A stretch of 64,000 bases of DNA from Octopus vulgaris. Lineage: Eukaryota. The notes beneath the pieces are model-generated. The model saw only the letters and a list, made by a program, of their open reading frames with translations. It was not told the DNA's origin and ran no database searches. Made by a program: the position numbers and the translations under genes. Shown one piece after another: positions 39,464 to 52,566 of this stretch; within the stretch, counting starts at the first letter, position 1; each line of letters begins with the position of its first letter. The stretch spans positions 75,826,001 through 75,890,000 of the forward strand of contig OX597816.1 in assembly GCA_951406725.2 (NCBI GenBank). Reading direction: 5' to 3'.

Positions 39464-40769
39464 GTGCAATTTAATATACGTGTGTATGTGTGCGTGCACA
39501 TGTACATCAGAAAGTGTTGATGCACTGACATTGCGTGTATACTTGGAAGCATCGGATTTATTTTCCTCTATATTTAGGTATAGACATATAGGAATATGCT
39601 TGCAGATATTTTTCAGCTATTCGTGTATTTTGTATGGTAGAAGAACTTATATTTTTTCGTCATTAAATCTGAAAGATATATGTTTATTTTAATATATGAG
39701 CTCTGGTAATATTGAAGATGACAAAAATGACCTTTGCAGTGATATTATTAATACTGTGACATTATATTTAGGTGCACTGACACAGCCATGTGCTTAAAAT
39801 ATTCGCTTCTCGAATACGTTAAGAAGTGTTCTGCTACCATAACCTAGCGGTAACGAAGATTTATAAGGGGAATTTATTCGACAGAAAGTTTGTGGAAACT
39901 TGTCGGAGCGAATGCTTAGTTCCAATAGATTCATCTGTTTTTGTGGCAGATTTAATCTTCCCCGGTTAGACATCACCATTAGAAAATTGTTTGTCTTTAA
40001 TAGAGTTCACTTAGTTGCAAGCATAGGTGAGATGTATGTCTCTGATCTGAGGATAACTTCCTTTCTAATCAAACTCGAAGGCTACAAATGGTCACAGCTG
40101 TTATCCTCCCTTATTTGATTTGACCATTGAACGAAAACAAATCAACGCATGTTGTGACGTTCATGCTTTTATGACTACTATCACTGGCATTAGTAAAATA
40201 AAATCTCATTAACCAAGATTTTCAGAAATTTCATATTAGGTGCACTGTTAGCATATTTGTTTTCATATACAACAGTGAAGTTATTAAAACTGAGTTTTAC
40301 TGTGATGATGGATTGGTAGAATCGTGAGAGGCGTGGTATTTAGTTCCGGCCCTTTTGTTAAATTCTGCCGGAGTTAATCTTACCTTTCATCCTTCTGGGG
40401 TAGATAAAATGAATACTGAGAGTAAAGTGTGCCAGAAGATTTAATGAACTTACCCCCAACTTCTGAAATTTGTAGCCTTGTGCGTATGTCAGAAATAAAT
40501 ACTGAGTTTTAACATAACCTCTCAGCTTTTGTGATTGCTATTGGCGATTGGATTCACATTAACCCTCAACTGATATTCTCCTTTCGTGAAGACCTCGAAA
40601 GGACAAAAGACTAAGTTATATCTTGGTGGGAGTCGATCTCAGAACGTAAACATTAAGGAGCTAAATATTTCCAGGCATGTTATTCGTCACTTTACCAATT
40701 CCATCAATTCTTTGTCTTCGAGTGAAGATTTTGATATTCTTTTCTTACTTCGGGACAAGGTCAGCATTT

Positions 40770-41155
40770 TTGAGGAGTTGGGTAGCCGATTACAACTGGT
40801 ACTTATTTTATTGACCCCGAAAGGATGAAAGTCAAAGTCGAGCTCGGTGGAATTTGAATTTAGAACGTGAAGACAGGTAAATTATTGTCAAGCATTTGTC
40901 CGACATGCTGACCACTTTGCCAGCTCACCGCCTTAAGGCATTTTTAATATTTAAAACATCGCTAGGGGGGGTGGGGTGGCTGGCAGACTCATTAGCATGC
41001 CGGGTAAAATGCTTACCAGCATTTTGTTCGTCTTTACGTTCTGAGTTCAAATTCCGCCGGGACGGCCTTTACCTTTCATCCCTTTTTGGAATGAACACTA
41101 TGTAACTGACCTACTCTCTCTCCGAAATTGCTGGACTCGTCGCAAAATTTGAAAT
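40770..41155. mobile_element. Two SINE family A copies, head-to-head (40770-40935 minus; 40970-41155 plus)
   Basis: ttgaccccgaaaggatgaaagtcaaagtcgag...gccagctcaccgcc, then ctggcagactcattagcatgccggg...acgttctgagttcaaattccgcc. Confidence 0.85.
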
Positions 41156-41179
41156 CAATATTTCTTAATTTTTTTACTA

Positions 41180-41747
41180 TAGGTACAACGCCTAAAATTT
41201 GAGGGAGGGGGATAGTGGATTTCATTGACCACAGTGCGTATATAGTACTTATTTCCTCGACCCCGAAAGGATGAAAGGCAAAGTTGACCTCGACGGAATT
41301 TGAACTCAGAACGTAGCGACGGGTGAAATACCTATTTCTTTACTATCCACAAAGGGCTAAACACAGCCAGGACAAACAAGAACAGACAAACGGATTACGT
41401 CGATTATATCGACACCAGTGCATAACTGGTACTTATTTAATCGATCCCGAAATGATGAAAGGCAAAGTCGACCTCGGCGTAATTTGAACTCAGAACGTAG
41501 CGGCAGACGAAGTACCTATTTCTTTACTACCCGCAAGGGGCTAAAGACAGAGGGGACAAACAAGGACAGTCAAACGGATTAAGTCGATTACATCGACCCC
41601 AGTGCGTAACTGGAAGTTAATTTATCGATCCCGAAAGGATGAAAGGCAAAGTCGACCTCAGCGGAATTTGAATTCAGAACGTAGCGGCAGACGAAATACG
41701 GCTACGCATTTCGCCCGGCGTGCTAACGATTCTGTCAGTTCACCGCC
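41180..41747 (-). mobile_element. SINE family A head-to-tail trimer (184-nt period)
   Basis: The gaaatac register point recurs at 41325, 41509 and 41693. A full tRNA-like head is present only on the first unit (41700-41747). Confidence 0.92.
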
Positions 41748-42865
41748 TTTTTTGAAACCAATGTTAAAAACAGTTCAAGGTTAGTTGATTGGTTGTACAG
41801 GAAGAGTGGTGAATAAAATTGCTTGTGATACTAAGATTCATCTCTAGGTTTTGAGCTCGAATCTCGCACAGTTCCTTTGATTTTCATCTACATCGAAAAA
41901 TTAATTATAAATGAAAGCTGGGATAGTTTTCATAAAACATTTCCTCATCTCAAATGTGAGGCATTGTACTAATGTTAGAAATTGATATTAAATGTCCTAC
42001 GGTATTTAGTTATGGCTCCTTAATTTCAGAATTCGAATCCCATCTAGGTTAACTTTGTTTTTTTAAATCTATTTCTAACATTCCATCTACAATGAAAGAT
42101 TCACCATAATTAAAACTATAATTAAAACGACGATCGAAGGGTTTAATCAACAAAATTTATGAGAAGCAGCGGTTGTTCATTTGCACTTGAAAAATAGCTT
42201 ATATTAAAGTATTCCACAGAATATGCAATTTTATAAAACAGAGTGATATGCAGATAAGAATTTCGAAATTCTTTATCGCTATAACATTCTATATCATAAA
42301 ATAAGAAACACTCGAGTATATATCGTTTGTTTTCCGTATTTTTCTCAGAAGTTTAATAATAAATAATCAATATATACGTACGTAACATATGTGCAAAGAT
42401 AACTGTATAAAAATTGTACATAGAGAGGTTCGTACGTATTCAAACATGCATGAACACATAATTACATACGAAAAGTCTCACTTGTACATACAGGTACACA
42501 GGCATTTACGCAGTCACATTCATTAAGCCATTTATATGTTGACGCATTTACAGTTAAAAATCAAATACAAAAACGATCAATCTACTGGATAATAATTCAC
42601 TATCCTCTACAGTTAGGTAGAACAACGATTCTGCTCACCAAGGCTTTTCATAAATAAGATGTCTTATTATTTCAGCTTCTAAATTTGATCCTCAGAATTA
42701 AGATTAAAAGGTAGAATAACAGAATTAAACTCCGCATTATGACCAAACTAACAGAACACTCTTGATTATAGGTTCCCTTAACAGTTGTAATGTAAAGATT
42801 TATAGCTTCAAATTTTGGCACAAGGCCAACTAATTTTTTTTGGAACGGCATGAATGTATGCCTTT

Positions 42866-43085
42866 GTGTCTGTGTTTGTCCTACCACAGCTTGAAAAGTG
42901 GTGTCGGTTTGTTTACATCCCCGTAACTTAGCGGTTTGGCGAAGGGAACACATAGAATATGTGTCAATAGACCGTAGAATAGGTTAAAAACTATTAATGA
43001 GAGCTGGGGTCGATTCTTTCGACTAAAGTTCTTCAAGGCGTTGCCCCAGCATAGCCGCAGTTTAATGACTGAAACAAATAAAAGA
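42866..43085 (+). mobile_element. SINE family C 3' part
   Basis: gtttgtttacatccccgtaacttagcggtt...ggcgttgccccagcatagccgcagtttaatgactgaaacaaataaaaga. Its tail resembles the CR1-type LINE end at 13146-13203. Confidence 0.8.
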
Positions 43086-44298
43086 TTGACATATAGATAC
43101 ACCCCACCACACACATGATCAGAGTATTATATGCGTGCGTGTGCGCATGTGTGTATTTCCCTCCCCTCTCTCTTTCTTCCTATGACGTTGCATCTCTTCC
43201 ACTCGTTGTGGCTATTGATCTCTCTTAAAATGTTATCCCACTTTTATACACACACAGACTCACACACACATGCCCACATATATATACATACATGTATGCA
43301 ACACAAAAACACATAAATTTACCCATATTACTTTCTGTCTCTATGACTGCCTCTCTCTTTTTGAATGGGTCTTTTTCTTATAACTTGTTCTCTCTCCCCT
43401 CCTCTATCTCTCTGCTTTACAAACAATTCTTCTATATCTATTTTGTCCTTATTTTCTCACTCTTTCATTTTATTTTCAACAAGTTTCGCATTACACACAG
43501 ATACGCGTAGTCACAAGTACATACAATAACAAACACATGCACAATTACAGATACGCACACAGAGAAACACACGCACAAGCAAACACAAAAAGACGTATAC
43601 GCAATCAAATACACGTCTCAATCAATTTCTTTCTCTCTCATTCAAATATCATTCTTTCATTATTTCCAACACAGCTTTCACACTTTCTCATTGTTCCTCC
43701 CCCACTCACTTTCTAACAACGGACACATGTATGTGTGAATAGTAAAAGTGCCAACATAATTCAATTTATGTATAATCTAATTTTAAAGACTCTCTTGTCT
43801 TACATTATGTAAACACTTTATTTGAAATCCATTTTGCCAGCTTTATCAAATGGCTGCCTTAATTCCTCGATTCTAACAGCAATTTCACGCCATTTGTCAG
43901 CCGAATTAAAATGCTTCATTGTCTGTCTTCCATAACACACAGAGCATTATAACACACCGAGAATCCGCAACGGCTTAGTTTTCTTAAAATGTTAATCACA
44001 AAACTTAATCATTGATTGACTTTAGTATTACCAGAAGATAAAAGACTTTTATATCTTGAAATCTTTCCAAGTCCTGGAACGAAGGACTTGGCTGAAATCA
44101 TACTGAATGTATCCAGCAAAAAGTATTCATTTATTTATACATTTATTTATCATTTATAATATAATCATAGCTACGCTTATATTGATTTGCGTCGATTTGA
44201 AATATGAGTTATTCGTAGTCTATCAGTCTATTACCCATATTTTTGCTGAGGTTGGTTCTTCTTGGTGTTCACCAGCAGTCACAGCGGCAGCAGAAGCA

Positions 44299-44343
44299 GC
44301 ACCACCACAACACCAAAACCACCACCACCACCACCACCACTAC

Positions 44344-44389
<46 letters not shown>

Positions 44390-44450
44390 GTCGTCGTCGT
44401 CGTCGTCGTCGTCATCATCATCATCATCATCATTGCTGTCATCGTCGTCG
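44299..44450. repeat. (CAC)n(CAT)n(CGT)n compound trinucleotide microsatellite
   Basis: Direct trinucleotide arrays. Confidence 0.95.
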
Positions 44451-45582
44451 TAATCTTTCTGCTTCTCGTCTCTTCCTTGTCATCATTTGTGAAATGTTTC
44501 TCCTCTATGTATACAGAAATAAGAAAGAACACACATTGTAAAAATGCTGGTTCCCGTCCCACCATTGATCGTAAAACTAACACATTAACACTGTTGGGAT
44601 GTTGCTCTTTCCATTCGTTTTCCTTTCCTTTCACTATTACTGTTATTATTGTTGTTCCCCCTCTCTCACATTTCCTGGCCTTCTCTTCATGCTCACTTTC
44701 CCTCTTACTTCCCTATGTCTCTTTCACTTTTCTCTCGCCCCTCCTTAAGTCTTCTATCCCTTTGCCTCTACCTCTCTCTCTTCTCTCCCCACGTGACCGG
44801 TGTTCGGCCAGATCTGACCTTTCTTTCTTGGTTCGACTACCATCCGTGCAACATCTATATTCCTTCATGTGCTTGTTAAATCTTATTTTCCTGCCGTAAG
44901 GCTTTACTTCCACACACCAGCTTAATTTAATTCGTCCTTAGTCGAAAGACACCTGTTGTTATGCCCTATTATTTGTATTTGTTTAACATTTCCCTGTCTT
45001 TTTTTCCGTCATCCTTGCTTTCCTTGTATCGTCTGTCTGGATATTTTGTTGCTCCTTTTTTTGCTTCACCTATCTGTTTGGATGTGTTGCGTTCTTGACC
45101 CATTTTTGTATATATATATATATATATAGATTCAGATGAATTAGGTACTTGAGTTGAGGCACCAGAATTTAGTACGGTATTATCCATACAGTTTCAAAAT
45201 AATTGAAATCAAAAAAGTAACAGGATATCCAGAGTTAATGCAGTACGATCGTTTCAAGCGACTCCGTTTAACTGAACAATGCAATCATTACATCAATTTA
45301 AATGCAGAGTAATCCTCAACTGCATAAATACATAAAATTAAATTAAATTAAAACAGATGGAGACATTAGTATAATTTTACCTAAAACATCCAAGAAGGTA
45401 AGGAGATAGACACAGATCATGCTATTTTCACTTCAGCTTAGAAGCTACTAAGATCTAGCTTGTCACTGGTTTTGGATTCACCGACAAAAATATAATCGAA
45501 CAATCTCATAAATGCAATGTTCTAGCATGACCACACTTCAATATTTCATACAAGTAAACACACGGGGGCACACACACACACA

Positions 45583-45623
<41 letters not shown>

Positions 45624-45939
45624 GCACACACACGCACACATACTGTAACTATTTTAATATGTATTTGCATTTATTTTTTTCTCATATATAACGTATGTAT
45701 TGTTATTCTTAAATGGGAAAATAGTAATTACTTCGAAACGCAGTTGAAGATAGGCATATAAACAATCTGTTAACATAAAGCACTGCATTTGACCGATCTC
45801 TAACCTGCGATTTTATATAAATCGTACTTGTTACACTTATATCTACAAATATCATCGAATGGATACTGACAATAACCAAAAAGCAATCGTTATATTCAAT
45901 ACTAAATACAAGTAATCTACAAAATGATACTTTTTTATT

Positions 45940-45997
45940 TCATTTTATTTCATCTAGTTTCAGCTCATGAGCTGTGGCCATGCTGGGACACCGCCAT
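45940..45997 (-). mobile_element. Extremely truncated CR1-type LINE (or SINE C) 3' end
   Basis: tttcagctcatgagctgtggccatgctgggacaccgcca matches 13166-13203. Confidence 0.6.
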
Positions 45998-46289
45998 TAA
46001 AGAAATCTTCAGTAATAAAGTACTAAATGCGACTTGCCTGTAACTTATCTGATATCTGCACTCTATTATAAATTTAGTTATCGACACCTGTGGTTATATA
46101 CAGGTTCAAATGAAGATTAACCGGACCGAAATATAAAGGTACATGGGAAGATATGAGCGATTCGACTGCACTAAAATGACTGAAAGAAGTGTAACTATAA
46201 GGGCAAAAATAAATTGACATTACAGTATCCAAATTATATTGCCGCTCATTTACAATTTCGATTTCCTGCTTTTTAAATGTATGTATGCA

Positions 46290-46450
46290 TGTGTGTGTGT
46301 GTGTGTGTGTGTATGTGTGTGTGTGTATGTGTGTGTGTGTATGTGTGTGTGTGTATGTGTGTGTGTGTATGTGTGTGTGTGTATGTGTGTGTGTGTATGT
46401 GTGTGTGTGTATGTGTGTGTGTGTATGTGTGTGTGTGTATGTGTGTGTGT
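46290..46450. repeat. (TG)n with periodic TA interruptions
   Basis: Higher-order (TG)5-6TA periodicity. Confidence 0.9.
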
Positions 46451-47849
46451 AAAAAATAAATATTCGTCACGGAAGTGGTGTTAATTCTGAATGGCAATCT
46501 CTTTATATGCTACTTAAGCTGGATGTATTATTATTAGAATACCAAATACTACGGCATTCTTCTTGAGAGATCCATCGATATCGACAATACGGTGCTAAGT
46601 GCACAGAAGTTTATGATAGTAGACGAGAGCCGTCTGGTATGGGCACTGGAACAGCGAGAGCGCATGATGTCATCGTACTGCATTTTCTCAGTAACAGGAA
46701 TCTACTTGCCGCATATCAGCCAAATTGCACTGCCAACACATATTGTGTATGTATGTGTGCATGTACATGCATGCATACATGCACACAACAAAATTTGTTT
46801 CAACTCACGAATTCACATGAAGAATCTTGCAAACCAAACACACACACACGCGCGAATGAGAGTGTGTATATGTGTATACATAAAAAGCTATTAAGAGTAT
46901 CAAAAATGTCGATCGTCTGTGACTTAACCTGTGATGTTTCGACCTAGCACAACATGAACGATATAACGGTTATGTCATGATTGCGCTCGTAGTTAGCTCT
47001 CACGGCTGTCGAGAAATGACAGCCAAGTTATGAGAAAGAACACTATAAAATCATTAAAAAAAGTATAATTGAGAGCGTAGTTATAGATATATAAAACAGC
47101 AATAACGGCAAACATGTAGCATAATGTCAACTACTTTACATAACCAATATATAATTAATTTCGTTGATGCTTAGCCAAAGCTATCGGAGGATGAGAATTA
47201 AGCTGCTTTATATCTGAATACGATACATTTGCTTTTTACAGTGAAAACCTCACACATTTTTTCTGCAATATGATTAGAGGGACATCAAAGAAGTCTGAAG
47301 GCTTAACGCCATCATAACGTATTCATCGTTTAAGGTTGTTAGCTCTTGTGAAACTAGTCCTTCACTGGAATTGATCAATTCTGTACGGTTTCTCCAATAT
47401 GAAAGCATAATTCCGTTTCCATGAGATCATAAATCAACTTTTGAATCAATTTCGGTCACATTATTGGTGTTTTTTTTCCTATCGATATTGAGAGGTCTTG
47501 AAAAGTTTACATAGATTAAACATGTGCACACACATGCTCGCAAATACATTTATATGTCACTCCTTTCTTTCTCTTTCTCTCACTTGCTCGCTCACTCACT
47601 TTGTCTTTGTACACCCCCCTATATATACATATGTGTGTGTGTGTATGTATACAGACGTATAGATTAAAACATTCACACTCACTCTTACACGCTAGCGCAT
47701 ACACACATATATATACCTAATATATATATGTATAAATTACCTCTTAATTAAAAAAAGATATATATATATATATCTAAGAAATTAAAGAAGGAAAATTCAC
47801 ACATTTTACATAGTTTTAATATAATTTTTAATATATCTTGTATTGTGTT

Positions 47850-47882
47850 TATCGACCGGTTTCGCTTTCTCTATTCATGACA
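47850..47882 (-). ncRNA. Minimal hammerhead motif with A3-U8 core variant
   Basis: Minus strand: tgtc-ATGAATA-gagaaagc-GAAA-ccgg-TC-gata, about 270 nt downstream of the Penelope GIY-YIG stop on the same strand. Confidence 0.55.
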
Positions 47883-48154
47883 TTGAAATATATTTAGATA
47901 CGTATTTTCTTAAGAAAATTTTTTGTCCATGTTGTGTGTGGAGTTTATGAATGAACGATTCAACAAGTAGAAAAATCTAAGGGGACCTAATTGGTTATCG
48001 TTATTATTGTGGACAGGGGAGATAATTGTTCATCTTTCGGTGTGCGTGGGGAATATATATATATACATAAAAATTCAAAAACTAGAGTAGTGGAGAGAAA
48101 TATGTACAGTGATAGGTATGTAATCATGAATTAAAATATGTATAGCGAACAAAG

Positions 48155-48630
48155 TTTGTTAAGCGTCCATATTTGGACGAGTTCTGTATTTTTCGATGAA
48201 TAAATTTTTCTATAATTTGTAGAGTCATATGTATGTACGATCGAAAGTGCAGTCTTTGTCTAGCAGAAAAAAATCATCTTGAAGAAACACCACCACCCAG
48301 GAACCTGTCTGAGCTAAACGTTCTTGCAAAGAAACTGTATCTTTGCACTGGTAGAAGGGGAAAACTGTGAAGTTTGGTTTGATGTTACCTGGGCATCTCT
48401 CTATGTGTTCACTTAAAGGAATTTTTCTGTACTGCGGGAACCGGATCTGCTCTTTATGTAGAGTGGTTCTCCGTTTCAATGTCATACTGGTCTGCCCTAT
48501 ATAGAGATGTTCACAACCCAAGCAGGTTATTAGATAAATTAGGTTCTCAGAGGCACAAGTGAAGTCGGTTTTAATTGTGAACCTCTCTCCTTGTTTCAAA
48601 GGGAAATCCTAGCCTTCAAGTAAGTTGGGG
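48155..48630 (-). pseudogene. Penelope-like (Neptune-type, CxxC) GIY-YIG endonuclease fragment, interrupted
   Basis: FTCASENLIYLITCLGCEHLYIGQTSMTLKRRTTLHKEQIR...LSEH...SLQERL, then an insertion of about 100 bp, then NLFIEKYRTRPNMDA*. Confidence 0.88.
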
Positions 48631-48639
48631 TATATTCCA

Positions 48640-49735
48640 CAGTATTCTAACTGTTCCTAGTTACACTATTTTCTGGAGCTGTACTAAACTAGATTTTATG
48701 CGTATTTCCTCTATCCATCTGTTCAAATCTTTAGGGATAGTTCCCAATGCGCCTATAACTATTGGGATAAATTTTACCCGCACTTTCCATAGTGTCTGTA
48801 ATTCAATGGCTAGGTCCTGGTACTTTGCTATTTTTCTATACATCTCATATTGATTTTTTTCATCATTTGGAACTGTAAAATCAATTATCTGGCACTTTCT
48901 CTTCTCTTTATCTACTACTACTACTAAATCAGGCATTCTAGCTACTATTACTCTGTCAGTCTGAATGTTAAAGTCCCATAACATCTATTTCTTACTTTTT
49001 AGTACTTTAATAGGTTCATGTTCATACCATTTATCGGTATGTTCAAATCCTAGCTTTCTACATAACTCCCAGTGGATTACTCACCCTAGATTGTCAAATC
49101 TTTTCTTGTATTCTTTCTGTGCCAGCATGCTACATTCACTTACAATATAAGTAACGCTTTACTCTCTTGATTTACATGACCTACATTGTGAATCTACTTG
49201 GCTTTTATTAAATTAGTCCTTAATGCTTGATTTTGTGCTGCTACTAACAAACTTTCTGTCTCCCTTTTCAGTCTTCCTTTCTGCAACCATAACCATGTCG
49301 CACTACTAGTATTTGCTGCAACTATCTTTGGGAATCTACCGTGCAACGTCTTCTGCCGTCAGACAATTTCTGTTCTTTTTTCTGGTTTTTAAGTTCGTTT
49401 GGGTTTTTGGTTTCCCTATGTCTTGCTGTGGCTCTAGCAGCTTTTAATAAACTTTCTTCACTATTACTTACATAGGTTCTATATCTACTCTAACTAATTC
49501 CACGCAGTCTTCTACTGATATTAACCCTCTTTCGCCTCCCTTTCTTTGTAGGCATAATCTTGCTACTCCTGCCCTTGGGTGGAGTCCTCCATTTATATTG
49601 AATTTCTTCCTAGTTCTCCCGTTTAACTTTGTTAATTCAGTTTTTGTCCAGTCTACAAGAGCTGCCGAGTATTTAAGTAATGATACTGCCTCAGTATTTA
49701 CTAGATTCGGACCATTTATCTTTGACTTCATTAGG
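48640..49735 (-). mobile_element. R4/Dong-like LINE 3' part with CCHC and restriction-like endonuclease
   Basis: GLHPRAGVARLCLQRKGGERGL; CRSCKSRE...IVSECSMLA; WDFNIQTDRVIVARMPDLVVVVDKEKRKCQIIDFTVP...KIAKYQDL...PIVIGALG (PD..D..K RLE motif). Frameshifted. Confidence 0.9.
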
Positions 49736-51398
49736 TGAGGTGGAGATAGAAAGAGTAGAGCCACTTGAGAGAGATGTGGAAGCAAAATGAAAGAGAGCTG
49801 GGAGAGCAGGATGGGAAAGAGGTACAGGTGTTTTTTAAAAACCATGTGTGGTACTCATATGCATTTATGCGTATGAGTGTGTACATAAATCGTGAGAGAC
49901 GCCAAACCTTAAAGTTAGGGTAAATCTGACCAACTGGATAATGTAAACGTCTACTTACAAAGAGAGGAGGGAAAGCATTTTTATTTGAAGCTCAGACAGG
50001 TTCCTGGGTGGTGGTGTTCAAGATGATTTTTTTCTGCTAGACAAAGACTGCACTTTCGATCGTACATACATATGACTCTACAAATTATGCCTGCAACAAG
50101 AATGCCATTAAACTATGCCATTGTCAACGAACTAAAAATGGCAAACTTTGCGAAGGAGTATGTAAAAGAAATACAGTGAGAGTTTTGTATGTACTGGTAC
50201 TGTACAACCTACTGTAAAAATGATAAGAGAACAAAGCAAAAACAACAGTTAAGGCTGGTAAAGTGATCTCTGTTTGTAGTCCAGAAAAAGTTAAAAAAAT
50301 AAAACAAAGCTAAAAATAGGGTATAAATGAGAAGAATGCAGCAAAACAGGTTTCTGCTAGAGTAAAATTTAATGAAGCCTGGAGATTTGGGAAAGGGATA
50401 AGGGATATAGGATTTTTCAGAAACAAAAGTTTGATGTTATCTGAATTTTGAAAAGACATGGTTTAACAAGGTATACAAAACCCCCATTGCATAAAAAATG
50501 CAAATGGATTATGAAGACAGAATATAATGCTTTCTGCTGTTGGCTAAACTGATTTTATATTCTTTTGCAATGCTTTATAACTATATTCATATAGGATGTG
50601 ATATTTTCACTGTAAATAACTCTTTCTATTTGATTTCCTGCTTTATGTTCCGCTATACTGTTATCATTAATTTGTGTAAAATGTTCTCTGCTCCAGCTAA
50701 AGTGCTTTTATTATTTTTCTGACCTTGTTTTAAGACTGCATTCGTGTATGATAATTTTAGTAAATGACTGTTCTTCATGTTTGATTTCCCGATTTCCTGA
50801 TATTCTCCTCTCTACCAGTAAATTGTCGCTATAAAAGGTTAGCAATATTATCACTAAAAAAAGCTCTATGTGTTGTATGTTTTGTTCAAGTTTTTCTTCC
50901 TGTTAAACGGCAGCTTCATGTTTTAATAAACATGAAATGCTCAAATACACTAACAATTCCTTTTAATATTCCCTACTGAATTCGAGAGTGTCTTCTATAC
51001 CCATTTGAAGTATATGCCATCAACTACAGTAGATATTTCGAATATTCATCGTGGAGAGACGGCGGTTGAATTTACTTTATACATCTGAATGTATCTGTAT
51101 GCATTTTAGAGTATGTGGGTGTATGTGTGTGTGTGTGTGTGTGTATGATATAAGCTGTTGGTTACAAATTATATAGCTCAGATGGAGTCAATTCATTTCC
51201 CTTCAAAATGATATCTTGTGAATAAATTAACTGGAGTTAGCGCAGTATTGAAATCACACTGGATGTTTTCACGTGTCTTGAACCTTGGCAATAAACGTCA
51301 TCTATGAAATTATTGGAATGAAATGAAATGCCACACGGAAAGCCTCGTATTCATTGATATCTCTGTTTTCACACGTCCACACACAGATAAATATATTC

Positions 51399-51429
<31 letters not shown>

Positions 51430-52295
51430 TGTATGTATGTATGTATGTATGTATGTATGTATGTATGTGTGTGTGTGAGTGAGTGTGTGTGAGTGCATGC
51501 GTGTGTGTGTGTGTGAGTGAGTCTTTGCACACACAAATATATACAAGTATTCATGCATGTATGCATTAGGTATGTTGTACGTACGTAGGCATATCGTTTG
51601 TTTAACACCCAGAGGCCCCATACTCGAGCATACATTAATATGCATTATCTTCCTCTCTCTGCGATAGCCGAAATTTTGCAAGTCATTGTCATATATACAT
51701 ATATCTTTTTGGATAATATTTATTTATCTATATTCATGTGTACATACAAATACACTCACTCTCTCACATCTCCGCCCCACACGCACATATGGAATGTGTT
51801 CATACATCTTACCTTTTATGTTGAGATCATGAGATGAAATGTCTTGAGTCCTCATAACACGTGACCTGATGAAGGCCAATCATACTGATGTTGAAATGTT
51901 TGTCAGATATTTTGAAGTGTTTTGCAGGCAACTCAGGCTTCTCACTTTCTTGTTCAGGAAATGTTTCTTACTTTCAACATCATAGCAACCAAGATATTAA
52001 AAGTTATTGACCTTCAGTTGTATACCATCGTTGCAAGAAATTGGCCGGTGATTTTCAAAATGATATATTGTCAATAAATTAACATAAAGTAAAAAGTTGA
52101 CTGTATCTTCAAAGTTTCGCAAATCACTATGCTCATCAGAGTGTCTGACGAAATAAACGACAGGTGAAACTGCAGAAGCACTATTAGAGAGTTCCTAGAA
52201 AAATAAATTTGATATTGTTTTCCTATACAGAGTAATTCTCCAATATATATATTATTTAAAATAGTTTGATATGGCTTCATGCAAGATTTGCGTGT

Positions 52296-52433
52296 CTCTA
52301 ATAGAAGCCCGTCTCTTTCAGGCTTTAGATTACCGAATGGAGAAATACAGGAAGTCCAAAATGAATTGAATTGGACCCCTGTATTTCTCCATTCGGTAAT
52401 CTAAAGTCTGAAAAGGACGGACTTTTGTTAGAG
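52296..52433. repeat. Hairpin with about 63-bp arms (29 bp perfect), 11-nt loop
   Basis: ctttagattaccgaatggagaaatacagg pairs with cctgtatttctccattcggtaatctaaag. Confidence 0.9.
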
Positions 52434-52484
52434 GCCTACGAAACTTTAAATCTCTTAAAAAAACTTCATCCTATATTAGTAGTA

Positions 52485-52566
<82 letters not shown>

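Noticed and set aside
44107-44899. Poly-His/Arg, poly-Ile/Val and poly-Ser ORFs
   Set aside because: They are translations of a trinucleotide microsatellite.
50090-50230. Cys-rich stretch (LCHCQRTK...CEGVCK) resembling a transposase CXC tail
   Set aside because: It is short and frameshifted, and the family cannot be named with confidence.
51862-51910. CTGATGA...GAAA-tgtttg-TC hammerhead-like motif
   Set aside because: Stems I and II fail to pair properly.
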